Shown here piece by piece: positions 1-12,019 of a stretch of 52,144 nucleotides of DNA. The notes under the pieces were generated by a model. That model had not been told where the DNA came from and ran no database searches. It worked only from the letters and a program-made list of their open reading frames with translations. Both the position numbers and the translations under genes were made by a program. Origin of the DNA: Octopus sinensis (Eukaryota); NCBI RefSeq assembly GCF_006345805.1, contig NW_021833996.1, positions 1 to 52,144 of the forward strand, in the 5' to 3' direction. How positions within the stretch are numbered: position 1 is the first letter of the stretch; every line of letters starts with the position of its first letter.

Positions 1-190
1 GTGTCCTCCAGTCAGTTCTATCTATGGCTATGTCCATTCCGGTATCACTCTTGATGGTGTCAAGCCAGCGGGTTCTTGATCGGCCTCTTCCTCTCTTGCC
101 ACTGACCATTCCGAGAATGATGCCCTTCTCCAGGGATTTTCTCCGCATAATATGACCAAAATATGCCAATCTATGCTTGGTGATCCTAGA
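1..190 (-). mobile_element. RTE-clade LINE, 3' ORF2 fragment running off the window edge
   Basis: Minus frame reads SRITKHRLAYFGHIMRRKSLEKGIILGMVSGKRGRGRSRTRWLDTIKSDTG, the typical RTE/BovB C-terminal motif (RLxYFGHxxRR...GKRxRGRxRxRWxD). Confidence 0.85.
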
Positions 191-718
191 TGTGTATATA
201 TATATATATACATATATCAGGTTCATATATATATGAACCTGATAAAAACTAGGCACTATGCGTTGTCTAAGCCAAATAAGATTATCTATGAAGAAAAATG
301 ACCAATATCAATGTGAATAATCCCCACAACCATGAACCCACAAACACTTTATATTTCAATAGAATAAAGGACGACTCAGTTCAGAATAAAGAGACTGAGA
401 CATGAAAAGATCTTAACCAACCACAGAAAATATGTATTCCTGTCATCAGCTAGCAAACAGATATCACCATCGTTTCGGCACCTGGGCAGAAATGGTCAAT
501 CCGACAGCGTCAACATTGTTAAAAATATAAATGCTGCTCAGCAATTAATAATAATCAGCACGAAACATTAGCGTAGTATGATCATTACACCAACATCTGC
601 TTATGTGTTTTTCCTGTGACATAGAGAGAGAGAGAGAGGAGAAATGGAAAGACAAAAAAAGACGTCAACAAAAAACTATGACATTACAACCAGCCAGAAC
701 GAGGGGGCAGCCATAATG

Positions 719-782
719 TATGTATGTATGTATGTATGTATGTATGTATGTATGTATGTATGTATGTATGTATGTATGTATG
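719..782. repeat. (TATG)n microsatellite
   Basis: Direct reading. Confidence 0.95.
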
Positions 783-1289
783 AATGGGCGGAATTATGAT
801 GTTAGCACGTGATAAAACTTCCCTTAACTTTTGTATTTTCAAAAGTTTTTCGATTCTGTCTTCTGCATAATGGAATTGATATGACTATGCAACAACAAAA
901 GAAATCTCTCAGCCAACATTTTTTTAATCCGTGCATTTAAAATACAGACAGTCCGAATCTACCATTCATTTCTATTTATAATTTCCAAATAATTTTTTAA
1001 TACTTTTATGGAAGAAATTCAATTGATGGTCTTCATACTTTTTCACATAACCCTGGACTTTATATGTGAAATGCCAATGACATGCTGCATGTCCATCAGT
1101 AATATTTGCTGACAGACAGCCGTGCAGTGGTACAATATATAGTCCAAGTAGATGAGAGCCTTCTTTTTAAGGGGAAAAAATGAAGCTAGAAGTGTGAAGA
1201 AGTTTTGGATACTTGTGACTGTCGTAACCGACGATGTGCCAGGTTTTTTTTTGCACATGTGCGTGTATAAAGATATAATTAAAACAATA

Positions 1290-1510
1290 CGTATACACCC
1301 ACGTATACTAATTCAAACATGAAAGCACAAAGAGAAAACACAATAACGCGAGGACGTCAAACAAGTATAGTGTTGTTGGACGCTCAGCAAAGGAAAGAAA
1401 GAAGGAGGATTTAACGTTTCGAGCGGAGCTCTTCGTCAGAAACATAGGAAGAGGAAAGATCCAAGGAAGGGAAGACGGAGGGAAAAAAATCGCCAACGAT
1501 ACACACGCGA
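1290..1510 (-). mobile_element. Penelope-like terminal repeat (pLTR) remnant carrying a hammerhead motif
   Basis: Pyrimidine-rich leader, HHR motif, then a CTGAGCGTCCAA... tail also seen at 44590-44680. Confidence 0.55.
1410..1442 (-). ncRNA. Minimal type I hammerhead ribozyme (Penelope-type, dimer-dependent)
   Basis: Minus strand TTT-CTGACGA-A-GAGC(TCC)GCTC-GAAA-CG-TT-AAA: intact core, 4-bp stem II, palindromic ACGU stem III, GUU cleavage triplet. Confidence 0.7.
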
Positions 1511-2119
1511 ACAAAGCCTAATGGTGTGAATTTTTTAAAACACATTTAGAGACAAACGATTTTCACAATGAATTCCAATTTAATCGGAATCTACATTATC
1601 TGAATCATATTTATAGAAAAGAAATATTGAATTTTCTCAAGGTTACGAAGAAGCAAATCTTTGGGGCATAGTTGTGTAGATATGCTGAAATATTTATATG
1701 TATAAAAGGATGTATATATAACTAACTCTGTAAAAATGTATGTGTATGTATATATATTTGTATGTTCCTGTATGCACTTATACATGTATAAGTTTCAGAA
1801 GATATTAGAATAATGAATAAAAGTCAGTCATAATAAGAGATCTCCCAAGAATCTATTTCCTTAATTTTTAACTACTGTTTCTGGCATACATATCTACGCA
1901 ATTTTGATTTTGAAGTATTTCAAAAATATTTGGAAATTATGAAGAGAAACGAATGGTAGATTTGGACCGTCCGAATTTTAAAACCACGAATTCAAAAAAA
2001 AATTGTGCGTGTTAAATTTTTCTCCAGAAGTTCATGGCTTCATAGGAATAAGCGTGGAAAACTGCATCAGGATGACCAATTTTCAGAGTTTTAAAAAATG
2101 CAGATTTTTCGAACGAAGC

Positions 2120-2222
2120 AAACTAGATCCCGAGGGCGATTTTACCTTTCATCCTTTAGGGGTCGATAAAGTAAGTACCAGTTGAGTTTTGGGGTCGATG
2201 TAATCGATTAACACCGTCTGAA
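2120..2222 (+). mobile_element. SINE family B, internal fragment
   Basis: CCTTTCATCCTTTAGGGGTCGATAAAGTAAGTACCAGTTG matches the body of the copies at 39153 and 43164. Confidence 0.75.
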
Positions 2223-2256
2223 AAAATTCCATGCCTTGTGTCTATATCAGAAAGGA

Positions 2257-2259
<3 letters not shown>

Positions 2260-2323
<64 letters not shown>

Positions 2324-2749
2324 GAACGGACCAATTCTGAGGTTACACCTGTAAAAAAAAAAAGAGGTAATATAAAGGGAGAAGGGGCTCTCTACCTCTT
2401 TTGACCAGGCTCCCGTGGCTTTTATGGGTTTTTCCACTAGTAACCTTCCAATGCGCCTCCCCCTATTGGAAGTTTTATTTGTTATATTTTTCGTTGTTAT
2501 TTCAATGTTTACACGGACTTTTCTTTTTCGCAAAAACCCTTTGTAGTTTTCGTCCTGTATATGTCCTTATGTATGTTTTTGATTTATGTTAGCCCTTGTG
2601 GCCAATAAAACCAGAATTTATTATTATTATTATCATTATTATTATCATTATTATTATTATTATATTATTATTATTATTATTATTATCATCATTATTGTTG
2701 TTGTTGTGTTGTTGTTGTTAATAATATCATCATTATCATCATCATCATT

Positions 2750-2785
<36 letters not shown>

Positions 2786-2918
2786 GTCATTATATTTATG
2801 TTGTGTAAACATCATGTGTCATATTACTTAACTCGGGCTTTAAATCATCTGCTACAAAAATAAATATTACATTGCGGTGTTTTTTCCCCTCCAAATAAAT
2901 GATCCCTTAAACAGTATA

Positions 2919-2971
<53 letters not shown>

Positions 2972-2972
2972 A
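2260..2972. repeat. Cluster of (ATT)n, (ATC)n and (CTA)n microsatellites
   Basis: Direct reading. Confidence 0.9.
2330..2630 (+). mobile_element. Probable LINE 3' UTR remnant with AATAAA and (ATT)n tail
   Basis: GCCCTTGTGGCCAATAAAACCAGAATTT followed by (ATT)n; no ORF remains. Confidence 0.35.
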
Positions 2973-3404
2973 GCTGCTGATATTACTGCAACAACAACTG
3001 CTTCTATAACTACTATTACTAGTACTATAGAAGTATCACGTACCACACCTAACTATCTATCCCCGACGCCTTTACTTGCAGCTCCCTACTTCACTTTGTT
3101 TTTATGCGACAGCTAATACATTTGTTTCCACGGGGTTTTTGGGTCACCTCAGAAGATTTTTCTTGATTGATGCTTTTTCAGGGACTTTTCTTCCTTTCTT
3201 CCTCTCTTCCTTTCTTCCTCTCTTCCTTTCTTCCTTTCTTCTTTGCGCGTTCATTCTTAGTACAATTCCACTTTCTTTCGGAAGATGTTTACATCACATG
3301 CATGACTGGTGTTTTCTCAAGGTCACTTATCATCACACAACCAACTTAACCCCAACCGCGACACACACACATACACTCATATATATACATACATACATAC
3401 ATAC

Positions 3405-3452
<48 letters not shown>

Positions 3453-3859
3453 TAGCTTTTGTATTACCACGCACACACGCATGCACACACAGACACACAC
3501 ACACACACACATACACTTCTGTTCTTATTTATTTACAAATCATTTTCAATTGTTTTGTGAATGAAAGCCCTTAGATTCAAAACCAATTGACTTATTTATA
3601 AACAAGGTTGGGTTCAATAAAAATAAGATTAATTGCTTGTTTATCGTAGTGTTGCAAGTTAGTGAATGACAAAGAGGTTAAATTTTAGGGATCACAGACC
3701 GAACAGGGAGTCAACCGTTGATATCTAGTTACCGTGACTGCTGCAGAATGTTATGACCAAAGCAACTTAAACTCTGGTCTAATTAAACCAATCAATTACA
3801 AATCATGAGACTAGAATTATTGATATAAACAACCAAAATACCTTTGTTTGTTGGCTTGT

Positions 3860-3872
3860 GGTAGTAGTAGTA

Positions 3873-3926
<54 letters not shown>

Positions 3927-3964
3927 CAGCAGCAGCAGCAGCAGTGGCAGTAGTAGTAGTAGTT

Positions 3965-4031
<67 letters not shown>

Positions 4032-4050
4032 CAGTAGTAGTAGTAGTAGT
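3860..4050. repeat. (GTA)n/(GCA)n compound microsatellite
   Basis: Direct reading. Confidence 0.95.
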
Positions 4051-4338
4051 TCTTGGTGTTGTTGCTACTGTTGTTGCTTAGTGATGGTTTTTGCCCTGAC
4101 TGAGATGCGAGCTATGACCAAATTATTTTGGCTGTGATAATCCGATCCTTTTCCTTATACTCTGAGCAGGTGTGGCCAAATTTCAGCTCGGATGCCCATA
4201 TACGTTTTCTGACATTTAATGTGCATTCGTGAAAATATATTGGATAAACTCCGTACTTTCATCAGAGTAAATGCAGAAGGTAATTAGTGACGTGAAAGCA
4301 CGCTATAAAAATAAAACTGCTGAGTAATAATAATAATA

Positions 4339-4371
<33 letters not shown>

Positions 4372-4373
<2 letters not shown>

Positions 4374-4930
4374 GCCCTGAATCAGTACCAGGCAGTGGCT
4401 CTCATGGCTTCTGATCTTAACTGACTGGAAGTGTTATTATGTACATTGTTTTATCTTGGTATGAAAGATGGACTACAGCAAATATTCTGCTCAATACCAC
4501 AGATTTGCTTGTCAGTTGTTTGACCTTAACCAGTTGAACATGTCCCTTAGCGGCTGGCAATATATGCATGTCTGATCACGAGCAGAAGTAGTGGGGGAAC
4601 ATCATGGACATTTGTTGAGAGGAATTCTTTGGGGTTTGGAAAATTCACCTTTGGAAACATGGTGAGTTTCGTTGAACATCCTCAAACAACTCTTATTCAG
4701 AGACCTTTCGAGCGGAATGGGCTACTCGAACTGAATAAAATTATAACTGGACCCCACCTGCAAGGTAATATGAGGTTTATCTTGATATGAGATCACTATG
4801 TCGCGCACACATGGTTATGATGCATGTGCCTGGTCTACCCTTATGAGATGGGTATTCATGAGGAATATACTGGGTTTCGTATATTTTACACCAGTGTTAC
4901 TTTGATTTCAAACACAGCTCTCTCATTCAA
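4372..4930. mobile_element. ~550-bp non-coding interspersed repeat next to (TAA)n (copy 1)
   Basis: Colinear homolog at 12653-13172; no tRNA head and no clear ORF. Confidence 0.75.
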
Positions 4931-4936
4931 TAGAAA

Positions 4937-5007
<71 letters not shown>

Positions 5008-5031
5008 GCGGCTGCTGCTGCTAATAATAAC

Positions 5032-5096
<65 letters not shown>

Positions 5097-5100
5097 TAAT

Positions 5101-5150
<50 letters not shown>

Positions 5151-5152
<2 letters not shown>

Positions 5153-5448
5153 TCTTAAAATACAAAGATCTGGAAAAGGAAGTAACTCGAACGTGGAACC
5201 TAAAGACAAACAATTCTTATACTAGTAGGCGCATTAGGTATGAAAAAAAATATTGAGACAAATACATTCCAGGACTTACAAATGTATATAACATACAGAA
5301 AATAGCACGACTAGGCACTGCGCACATCCTACATAAAGCACTTTTAATAAAACGAAAATAAGATACCACAAAAACAACCAGCACATACCGAAGGCACACA
5401 GAACTGCGCTCGGTAGTGCAGTGAAAGCACGTGATAGAAATAAGACTA

Positions 5449-5455
<7 letters not shown>
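5151..5455 (+). mobile_element. R4/Dong-type (RLE) LINE 3' end, 5'-truncated, inside (TAA)n
   Basis: Degenerate KYKDLE.EV.R.WNLKT...VGALG...NIQKIA.LGTAHIL, then 3' UTR ending ...CTACTGAATAATAAT. Confidence 0.8.
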
Positions 5456-5520
<65 letters not shown>

Positions 5521-5524
<4 letters not shown>

Positions 5525-5756
5525 GGTGCATTAGGCATGATAAAAAAATATTCAGACAAATACATAACAAAAACACCAGGACTTACAAACACATATAACA
5601 TACAGAAAATTGCACTACTAGGCACTGCACACATCCTACGCAGAACACTTTCCATACAATAACCATCAGAGCATCACAACAAATCACAGCACATACCCAA
5701 GGCACACAGAGCTGCGCTCGGTAGTGAAGTGAAAGCACACTATAAAAATAAAACTA

Positions 5757-5762
<6 letters not shown>
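5521..5762 (+). mobile_element. R4/Dong-type LINE 3' end, second tandem copy inside (TAA)n
   Basis: IGALGMIKKYSDKYITKTPGLT..YNIQK..LLGTAHILRRTLSIQ* plus the same 3' UTR; the same 3' tip also occurs at ~4290-4325. Confidence 0.85.
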
Positions 5763-5804
<42 letters not shown>

Positions 5805-5857
5805 TAATAATAATAATATAATATAATAATAATAATACAATAATAATAATAATAATA

Positions 5858-5893
<36 letters not shown>

Positions 5894-6346
5894 TAATAAT
5901 AATAATAATGATGATGAGGAGGAGGAGGAGGAGAGGAGGATAACAACAACAACAACAATAACGAACATGACACTTTATTTACTGGGTATGAAGAGAGAGC
6001 CTACTGGATTAGGACGTATGCTTAATGTTCATAATAAAAAAAAAGTATTTAAAAAGTTAAGTCCTAATTTTCATACAATATCTAAGCAACGATTTGTTCC
6101 GCCTGCTGAAAGAAAAAGTAGTGAGAAGCGGTAAATTAAAGAAATTTCAGGTCAGTAAGAATTACAGAGAAATGTCTGATGACTTTAGGTATCGGTGTAG
6201 ATACCCCGACCTCAAACACATCATGTACACATGAGCGAAGTATAACACAAGACGTTTGAAAACATTCTTTAACTCAGTAGATTTTGCGATGTTAAATCTG
6301 CTTAAATTATCTCTATTTCTATTTCCCTTGAATCACATATTTACAT

Positions 6347-6785
6347 CGTCTGCCAACGATATGAATGTGTGCATTTATGCATCATGTGTCCGTATGATAG
6401 GTCCTCTCGAGTTAAATAACACAGTATTGGTTGGACATTCTATCACAACATCTGCGTTAAGATGGCTATAAAGATTGTCTTTTAGTATTAATACTGCTAT
6501 TCTCGCAAATAATTATCTTTTAGTAAGTACGCTGACTATTTGCGGGATCTGTGCCTGAAAAGTCACTGAAATTCTGTATATCGTTGGCAGTGAGGTTCGA
6601 TTGGTATGCAACTACCGGACGTCTGTCACTGAGGAGACGGTGTACGTCGAAATCATGTGATGTGGAAGGTTCAACGCACGTAACAGACGATTCTCGTCTG
6701 CCAATGATATAAATATGCGTGCTTTTATTCACCATGCGTCCTTATGAGAGGTCATCTCAACATAAATATCACGGTATTCGGCGTT
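6347..6785. repeat. Diverged direct repeat (~85 bp, period 348) bracketing a hammerhead motif
   Basis: CGTCTGCCAACGATATGAAT... at 6347 versus CGTCTGCCAATGATATAAAT... at 6695. Confidence 0.65.
6621..6670 (+). ncRNA. Type I hammerhead motif, probably inactivated at the cleavage site
   Basis: GTCTGTCA-CTGAGGA-GACG(GTGTA)CGTC-GAAA-TCA(TG)TGA-TG-TGGAAGGT: perfect core and stem II, but position 17 is G. Confidence 0.6.
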
Positions 6786-7366
6786 CTAAATATTCACCCA
6801 TGTTGATTCAGACATAATGATTACCTTTGATATATATATATAATTAAGGGCACTAACAGGCAGTACTGGCACGCTAACATAACGGTCAAAATGACCAAAC
6901 CACAAGTTTTCACTTAAACACAAAGGTGAAATCGGGCAAATGAAGAAAACCCCAAAACCCCGTACCAATGACGAAATTAATCAAAAATTAAAAAAGTCGG
7001 ACAGACCTGTATCGCTGTAATTTCGAACTTTGAGAAATACCTTTACTTGATCTCCAGTAAACCACTGATATCCTAGTAAACAATAATATCTATATAATAT
7101 ATATTCGCTTCGATCACTTTTTTAAATTTGCTGCGGCATTAAAAAGGGTCATCGAACATATTGGTTGAGATGAACAAACTCTTTAGCCCTGGGGTCGGTA
7201 AGACTTGCTGAAGATGAACTAAGAGTATTTTTTAACGTTCGAAATCACGTTGATACGGGTATGTCTGTTAGTACCCTTAATTATCAATTTATAATTTTTA
7301 CCTTCATGCGTTTTTTACACATGCTACGCCACTGATATTATTATAAACAATAATATCCATATATCT

Positions 7367-7440
<74 letters not shown>

Positions 7441-7441
<1 letters not shown>

Positions 7442-7635
7442 TTTATTTAAAGCACAGAAATTCAACAAAACCTGTTACTCGGAGTTTCACGTTCCCGTTC
7501 GTCGGACAGGGAACGTGAACTCCGAGTAACAGGTTTTGTTGAATTTCTGCTGCTTTTAAATAAAACATATTACTCTACCCCTGTTATTTGAGTACTCTTT
7601 TTTCCACCTTGTTTCACATTTATGTGTTTTACTCC

Positions 7636-7638
<3 letters not shown>
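7441..7638. mobile_element. Penelope-like pLTR remnant with inverted partial duplication (hairpin arms 7442-7496 / 7509-7564)
   Basis: Near-perfect ~55-bp inverted repeat around an HHR, flanked by (TA)n. Confidence 0.65.
7471..7510 (-). ncRNA. Minimal type I hammerhead motif (U4C core variant)
   Basis: CCTGT-CCGACGA-ACG(GGAA)CGT-GAAA-CTCCGAG-TA-ACAGG: 5-bp stem I, GNRA-capped stem II, GUA triplet. Confidence 0.65.
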
Positions 7639-7727
<89 letters not shown>

Positions 7728-8462
7728 AGCAATCATGACTGTGTGTTTAAGAAGTTGGTCAAGTAATGACAGCATGACTTTAACAGTCCTGAATAGGTAA
7801 AACAACGCTAAAAGTTATAGTGCTGCTGGAAAAAATGTGAAATAACGGATTGCAAGGAGAAATACGAAACAAGCGGATTAAGTGAAACAGTCTGACACGG
7901 AACTGAAACCTTACTGCAGACATGGTGTTTAAAGAACTTTTATTACAATGCAATATCACAGGGAGATACTCATGAATATCTCACCGACCTGTATACATAT
8001 ATTATATACTCATAGGTAATTAATGAGAATTAAGCGGTAGCGCTACGCGTAAGTTAGTGTTGAAGTTTCTATTTCACTGAAAAGAGTAAAATAAAATCGA
8101 AACACATATGTAGTTATCTCCCATGCATACCAGGAAAACGTGAGTTATAAATAGGGCTTCGTTCCCTACTTACCGGATGCTTATTTTTTGTTAGCATTTT
8201 TAATGGTTCTTGTATAAAATATTACCTCTTACTACTCCTGGCTGTGTGATTATTTTGCAAATAAATATTAGTTTCGGGTTCGATTCAGCTGCACAGTACT
8301 TTAAGCTGACCAAAGTCTTTTGAAAGGAATTTAGCAGAGTGAAACTTTGTAGATGTGCGTCGGAGAGACAGTTCTTGTTCTTGGGTACTAGACAAAATCT
8401 ATTATCCCGTTAACACTCTCATCTGACCATGGGTGCCTTTAATATATTTGGATTTGCATTTC

Positions 8463-8790
8463 TCAAAATCTCTCGTGGAAGCGCCATCCAACCAAAATGC
8501 AAATATATGGGAAACTACCACCTGTATCATCTCTTGTGAAAGGTAGGAGAGTCCAGTTTGCTGGACATTGTTGTAGAGCTGAAAAAGAAGTAATTTCTAC
8601 TCTTCTCCTCTGGAAGCCATCTACTCGCAATACCAGAGGGCGCACACTCTCCTACCCTGATGTAATCTCCAGGGATACAGGCATCCAACAACAGGACCTC
8701 CGTAATGCCATGATGGACCGTGAAGTCTGGCGTAGCATGGTAAATTCTATTGTCTCGACCACGGTCGAACAATGATGATGATGATGATGC
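8463..8790 (+). mobile_element. RTE-X-like LINE 3' end, 5'-truncated, with (TGA)n tail
   Basis: Open frame QNLSWKRHPTKMQIYGKLPPVSSLVKGRRVQFAGHCCRAEKEVISTLLLWKP...DREVWRSMV..* then (TGA)n; possible 11-bp TSD TGCCTTTAATA at 8434 and 8788. Confidence 0.8.
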
Positions 8791-9549
8791 CTTTAATAAC
8801 GTCCACTCTGTTGTAAAGGTTCGGACCAGGTCTTATGTCAAAAGATAATTCCCTCCTTCTCTTACTCCACTAGTCTTGGAGACTCCGAAACGGATCATAG
8901 ATGCAACTCTTATTTCTCTGACTCAGCAATTTTAAAGAAAATGTAAGGTAGACTACTGGTATGATAAGGACCAACTAAGGAACATATATAAAGTCGATTA
9001 GCCTTCAGAAACGGCTACAAGGCTTCATGTAATCAAACACTGCAATCAGAAATGTAATAAAGATTTGGATGGTGCAATCCTTGATGAAATGGCTGAAGGA
9101 AATAAAAGGTGAGGATTAGCAAGACTAGAATACTTCGTGTTAAAGTAAATGACGAATTCCAAAAAGTAAAATGACCAAATGTCTTTAAAAAAACTGGTTC
9201 TCATGTTTTCTTTTCCTTCTGTAGTTGACCTGTGTGACCTTCCGCTTTTTTGGTAAATACTTTTAATGACTGTCCTAAAGAATTACTTCTTATGATTTTA
9301 GCGTTATGTCTATTGGTATATTCATAAGAGACCTCCCAAGTCACTGAAATTTTTCTATACAGAGTTTTTAAACAGTTGACTAATTCGCAGTTGTTTATAT
9401 GCAGTTTGCGTATACATACATACGTAAATATATATATAAATATATATATATATATACATACATACATATATATAAATCATTATACTAGGATGTACATGCA
9501 ATGCATATATGTATTTGCGCATATATACATTACATACATAATATATATA

Positions 9550-9632
<83 letters not shown>

Positions 9633-10000
9633 TATACATATATATAATCTTATACATACAAAATATATATATTTGTGTATTTGTATCAATTCTGTATATG
9701 GCCATACATATATATATGTGTGGGTGGGTGTGCAGGTATACACACATAAATGCATGCTTACATCTACATATCCATATATACATACATACATACATGTATA
9801 CATACATTTCAAAGAAGATTTGCTGCACTTAAGTTTTCCCAAAAAGTGAAAAACTTTAAGATTTAAATTTAAGAGTGAAAAGAAACAACAGTAAAAGCAA
9901 ATGAGTATCAACATTGAGAGAAAAGTAATATTGTTGGAAGAAAAAAAATAACTTTATACGTACGTACCTAGTCACACACCACACACACACATATATATGT

Positions 10001-10033
<33 letters not shown>

Positions 10034-10275
10034 TCGAAATAGACAACATACGATGACAGTGTCAAGCATCATGTGTGGGACAGTGTCTCTGTCTTTTATT
10101 TATTCAGCTGACTCTGGCAGATAGGATGATAACTTGCCATGTACATCACATTACTGATATGTCTTATGTAAACTCACAACTGCTCTTACCGTCTTGATAT
10201 GCCCTTTTGTGGTTGCTAATGAGTGTCAAGAATATATGTGCACACACACGCATATATGTATATATATATGCATAT

Positions 10276-10333
<58 letters not shown>

Positions 10334-10736
10334 GCATGTTATATATTATACATGTATGTATATACATATGTAGATATATATATATTGTGTATGTCCGTAT
10401 GTGATTGTGCAAGCGTTGTGTTTTCACACAGAAGTGCAAAGCTGTCGTTACACACCTGTACTACAAATGTACACATATGTATTGTCTATTGTAATATTTG
10501 TTTGTTTTTTTTTTGTTCTTCAACGAATTTACTTCCACCTAAAATTTTCGTGCGACTCCGCACGAAATCACTGGGTGCACGGAATTAATGCAATATAATA
10601 ACGCGCATTATTAACACACACGTACACACACGCGCGCATGCACATACGTACACTCATACTTGCATACATACGTGTGTGTGTGTTTGTTTGTGTGTGAGTG
10701 TGTGCGTGTGTGCGTGTGTGCTAATATTGAAGAGTG

Positions 10737-10772
10737 CGTAGGAGTGGCTGTGTGGTAAGTAGCTTGCATACC
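10737..10772 (+). mobile_element. SINE family A head fragment
   Basis: GCGTAGGAGTGGCTGTGTGGTAAGTAGCTTGC matches the head of the 34911 copy. Confidence 0.7.
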
Positions 10773-10796
10773 ATTTGAAGAAAGAAGGAGAAACAT

Positions 10797-10857
10797 AATA
10801 ATAATAATAATAACAATAATATAAAATAATAATAATAATAATAATAATAACAATAAC

Positions 10858-10918
<61 letters not shown>

Positions 10919-10920
10919 TA

Positions 10921-10990
<70 letters not shown>

Positions 10991-11005
10991 TGATAATAAT
11001 AATAA
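10797..11005. repeat. (TAA)n microsatellite
   Basis: Direct reading. Confidence 0.95.
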
Positions 11006-11099
11006 TTGTATTTTATGAAATGTAATAACTAGCAAATGCTTAGTGAATACAACTGAAGTAAATGAATATAAACTCATTTCTTTTGAATCTGAAATGTTG

Positions 11100-11700
11100 G
11101 AGGGGCAGAAGTCACTCATGCCTCCCTTCAGACAAAGATCATGCCTCCTCATCGATATGACTGTCCCAATCGATATAAATGTATCTGTCAAGATCTATCA
11201 AAAACTGAACAAGTATAAAGATCTTGAAATAGAAATTGGCAAAATAGGAAACCTCAAGACGAAAATAATACCTGTTGTCAGGAACGATAACAAAAGGGGC
11301 CGATTACTACCTAACTCAAATACCAGGAAATCCAAAAATGGAAGAAATTCGAAAAATAATGTTCGTGGGAACTGCCTATATCCTACGTAAAATATTGTTA
11401 ATCCTCAAAATATTTTAATCCGTAAACAGTGTCAAAAGAGTTTTAAATGTACATAACAGCAAACACATTTTACTGCCATCTTAACATCACACTATCATCT
11501 TATAATCAAATTACTTTCAAAAACAAACTTCCAATTTACTTCTGTTTTGACAGACATCCTCTAGAACAATACTTTGTGCAAAACTAAATATACGGCACCC
11601 TAGTCATAACAGCTATTTGAGCTTCTAACTTATCATTTGAGGTGTCTGGATGAGACTTGGAGTCAAGCTGTACCAATACAAAACAAAAGCCAAACATATA
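11100..11700 (+). mobile_element. RLE (R4/Dong-type) LINE 3' fragment with 3' UTR
   Basis: CLLIDMTVPIDINVSVKIYQKLNKYKDLEIEIGKIGNLKTKIIPVV is an RLE endonuclease region. Confidence 0.8.
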
Positions 11701-12010
11701 AGGAGGAGGATGAGAAAGAAGATGAAGAAGAAGAAATAGGAAGAAGAAGAAGAAGAAGAAGAAGAAAAGGAGGAAGAAGAAAAGAAGAAAGAAGAAGAAG
11801 AAGAAAAGGAAGAAGAAGAAGAAGAAGAAGAAGAAAAAAGGAAGATGAGAAGAAGAAGAAGAAGAAGAAAAAAAGAAGAAAGAAGAAGAGAAGAAGAAGA
11901 AGAAAAGGAAGAAGAATAGAGAAGAAGAAGAAAAAGAAGAAGAAAGAAGAAGAAGAAGAAGAAGAAGAAGAAGAAGAGAAGAAGAAGAAGAAAGAAGAAG
12001 AAGAAGAAGA
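11700..12010. repeat. (GAA)n purine tract
   Basis: Direct reading. Confidence 0.95.
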
Positions 12011-12019
12011 ACTGCAACA

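Larger units (their letters stand above)
912..2005. repeat. Diverged ~100-bp inverted repeat pair (912-1010 / 1910-2005), possible old DNA transposon termini
   Basis: GTCCGAATCTACCATTCATTTCTATTTATAATTTCCAAATAATTTTTTAATACTT matches the reverse complement of AAGTATTTCAAAAATATTTGGAAATTATGAAGAGAAACGAATGGTAGATTTGGAC with scattered mismatches. Confidence 0.6.

Noticed and set aside
4205-4271. Minus-strand CTGATGA...GAAT...GTC hammerhead-like string
   Set aside because: GAAA is mutated, there are extra bases before stem III, and stem II has only 2 bp
7208-7260. CTGAAGA-T-GAAC...GTTC-GAAA-TCACG-TT hammerhead-like core
   Set aside because: Stem II is plausible but stem I cannot pair; at best a decayed relic
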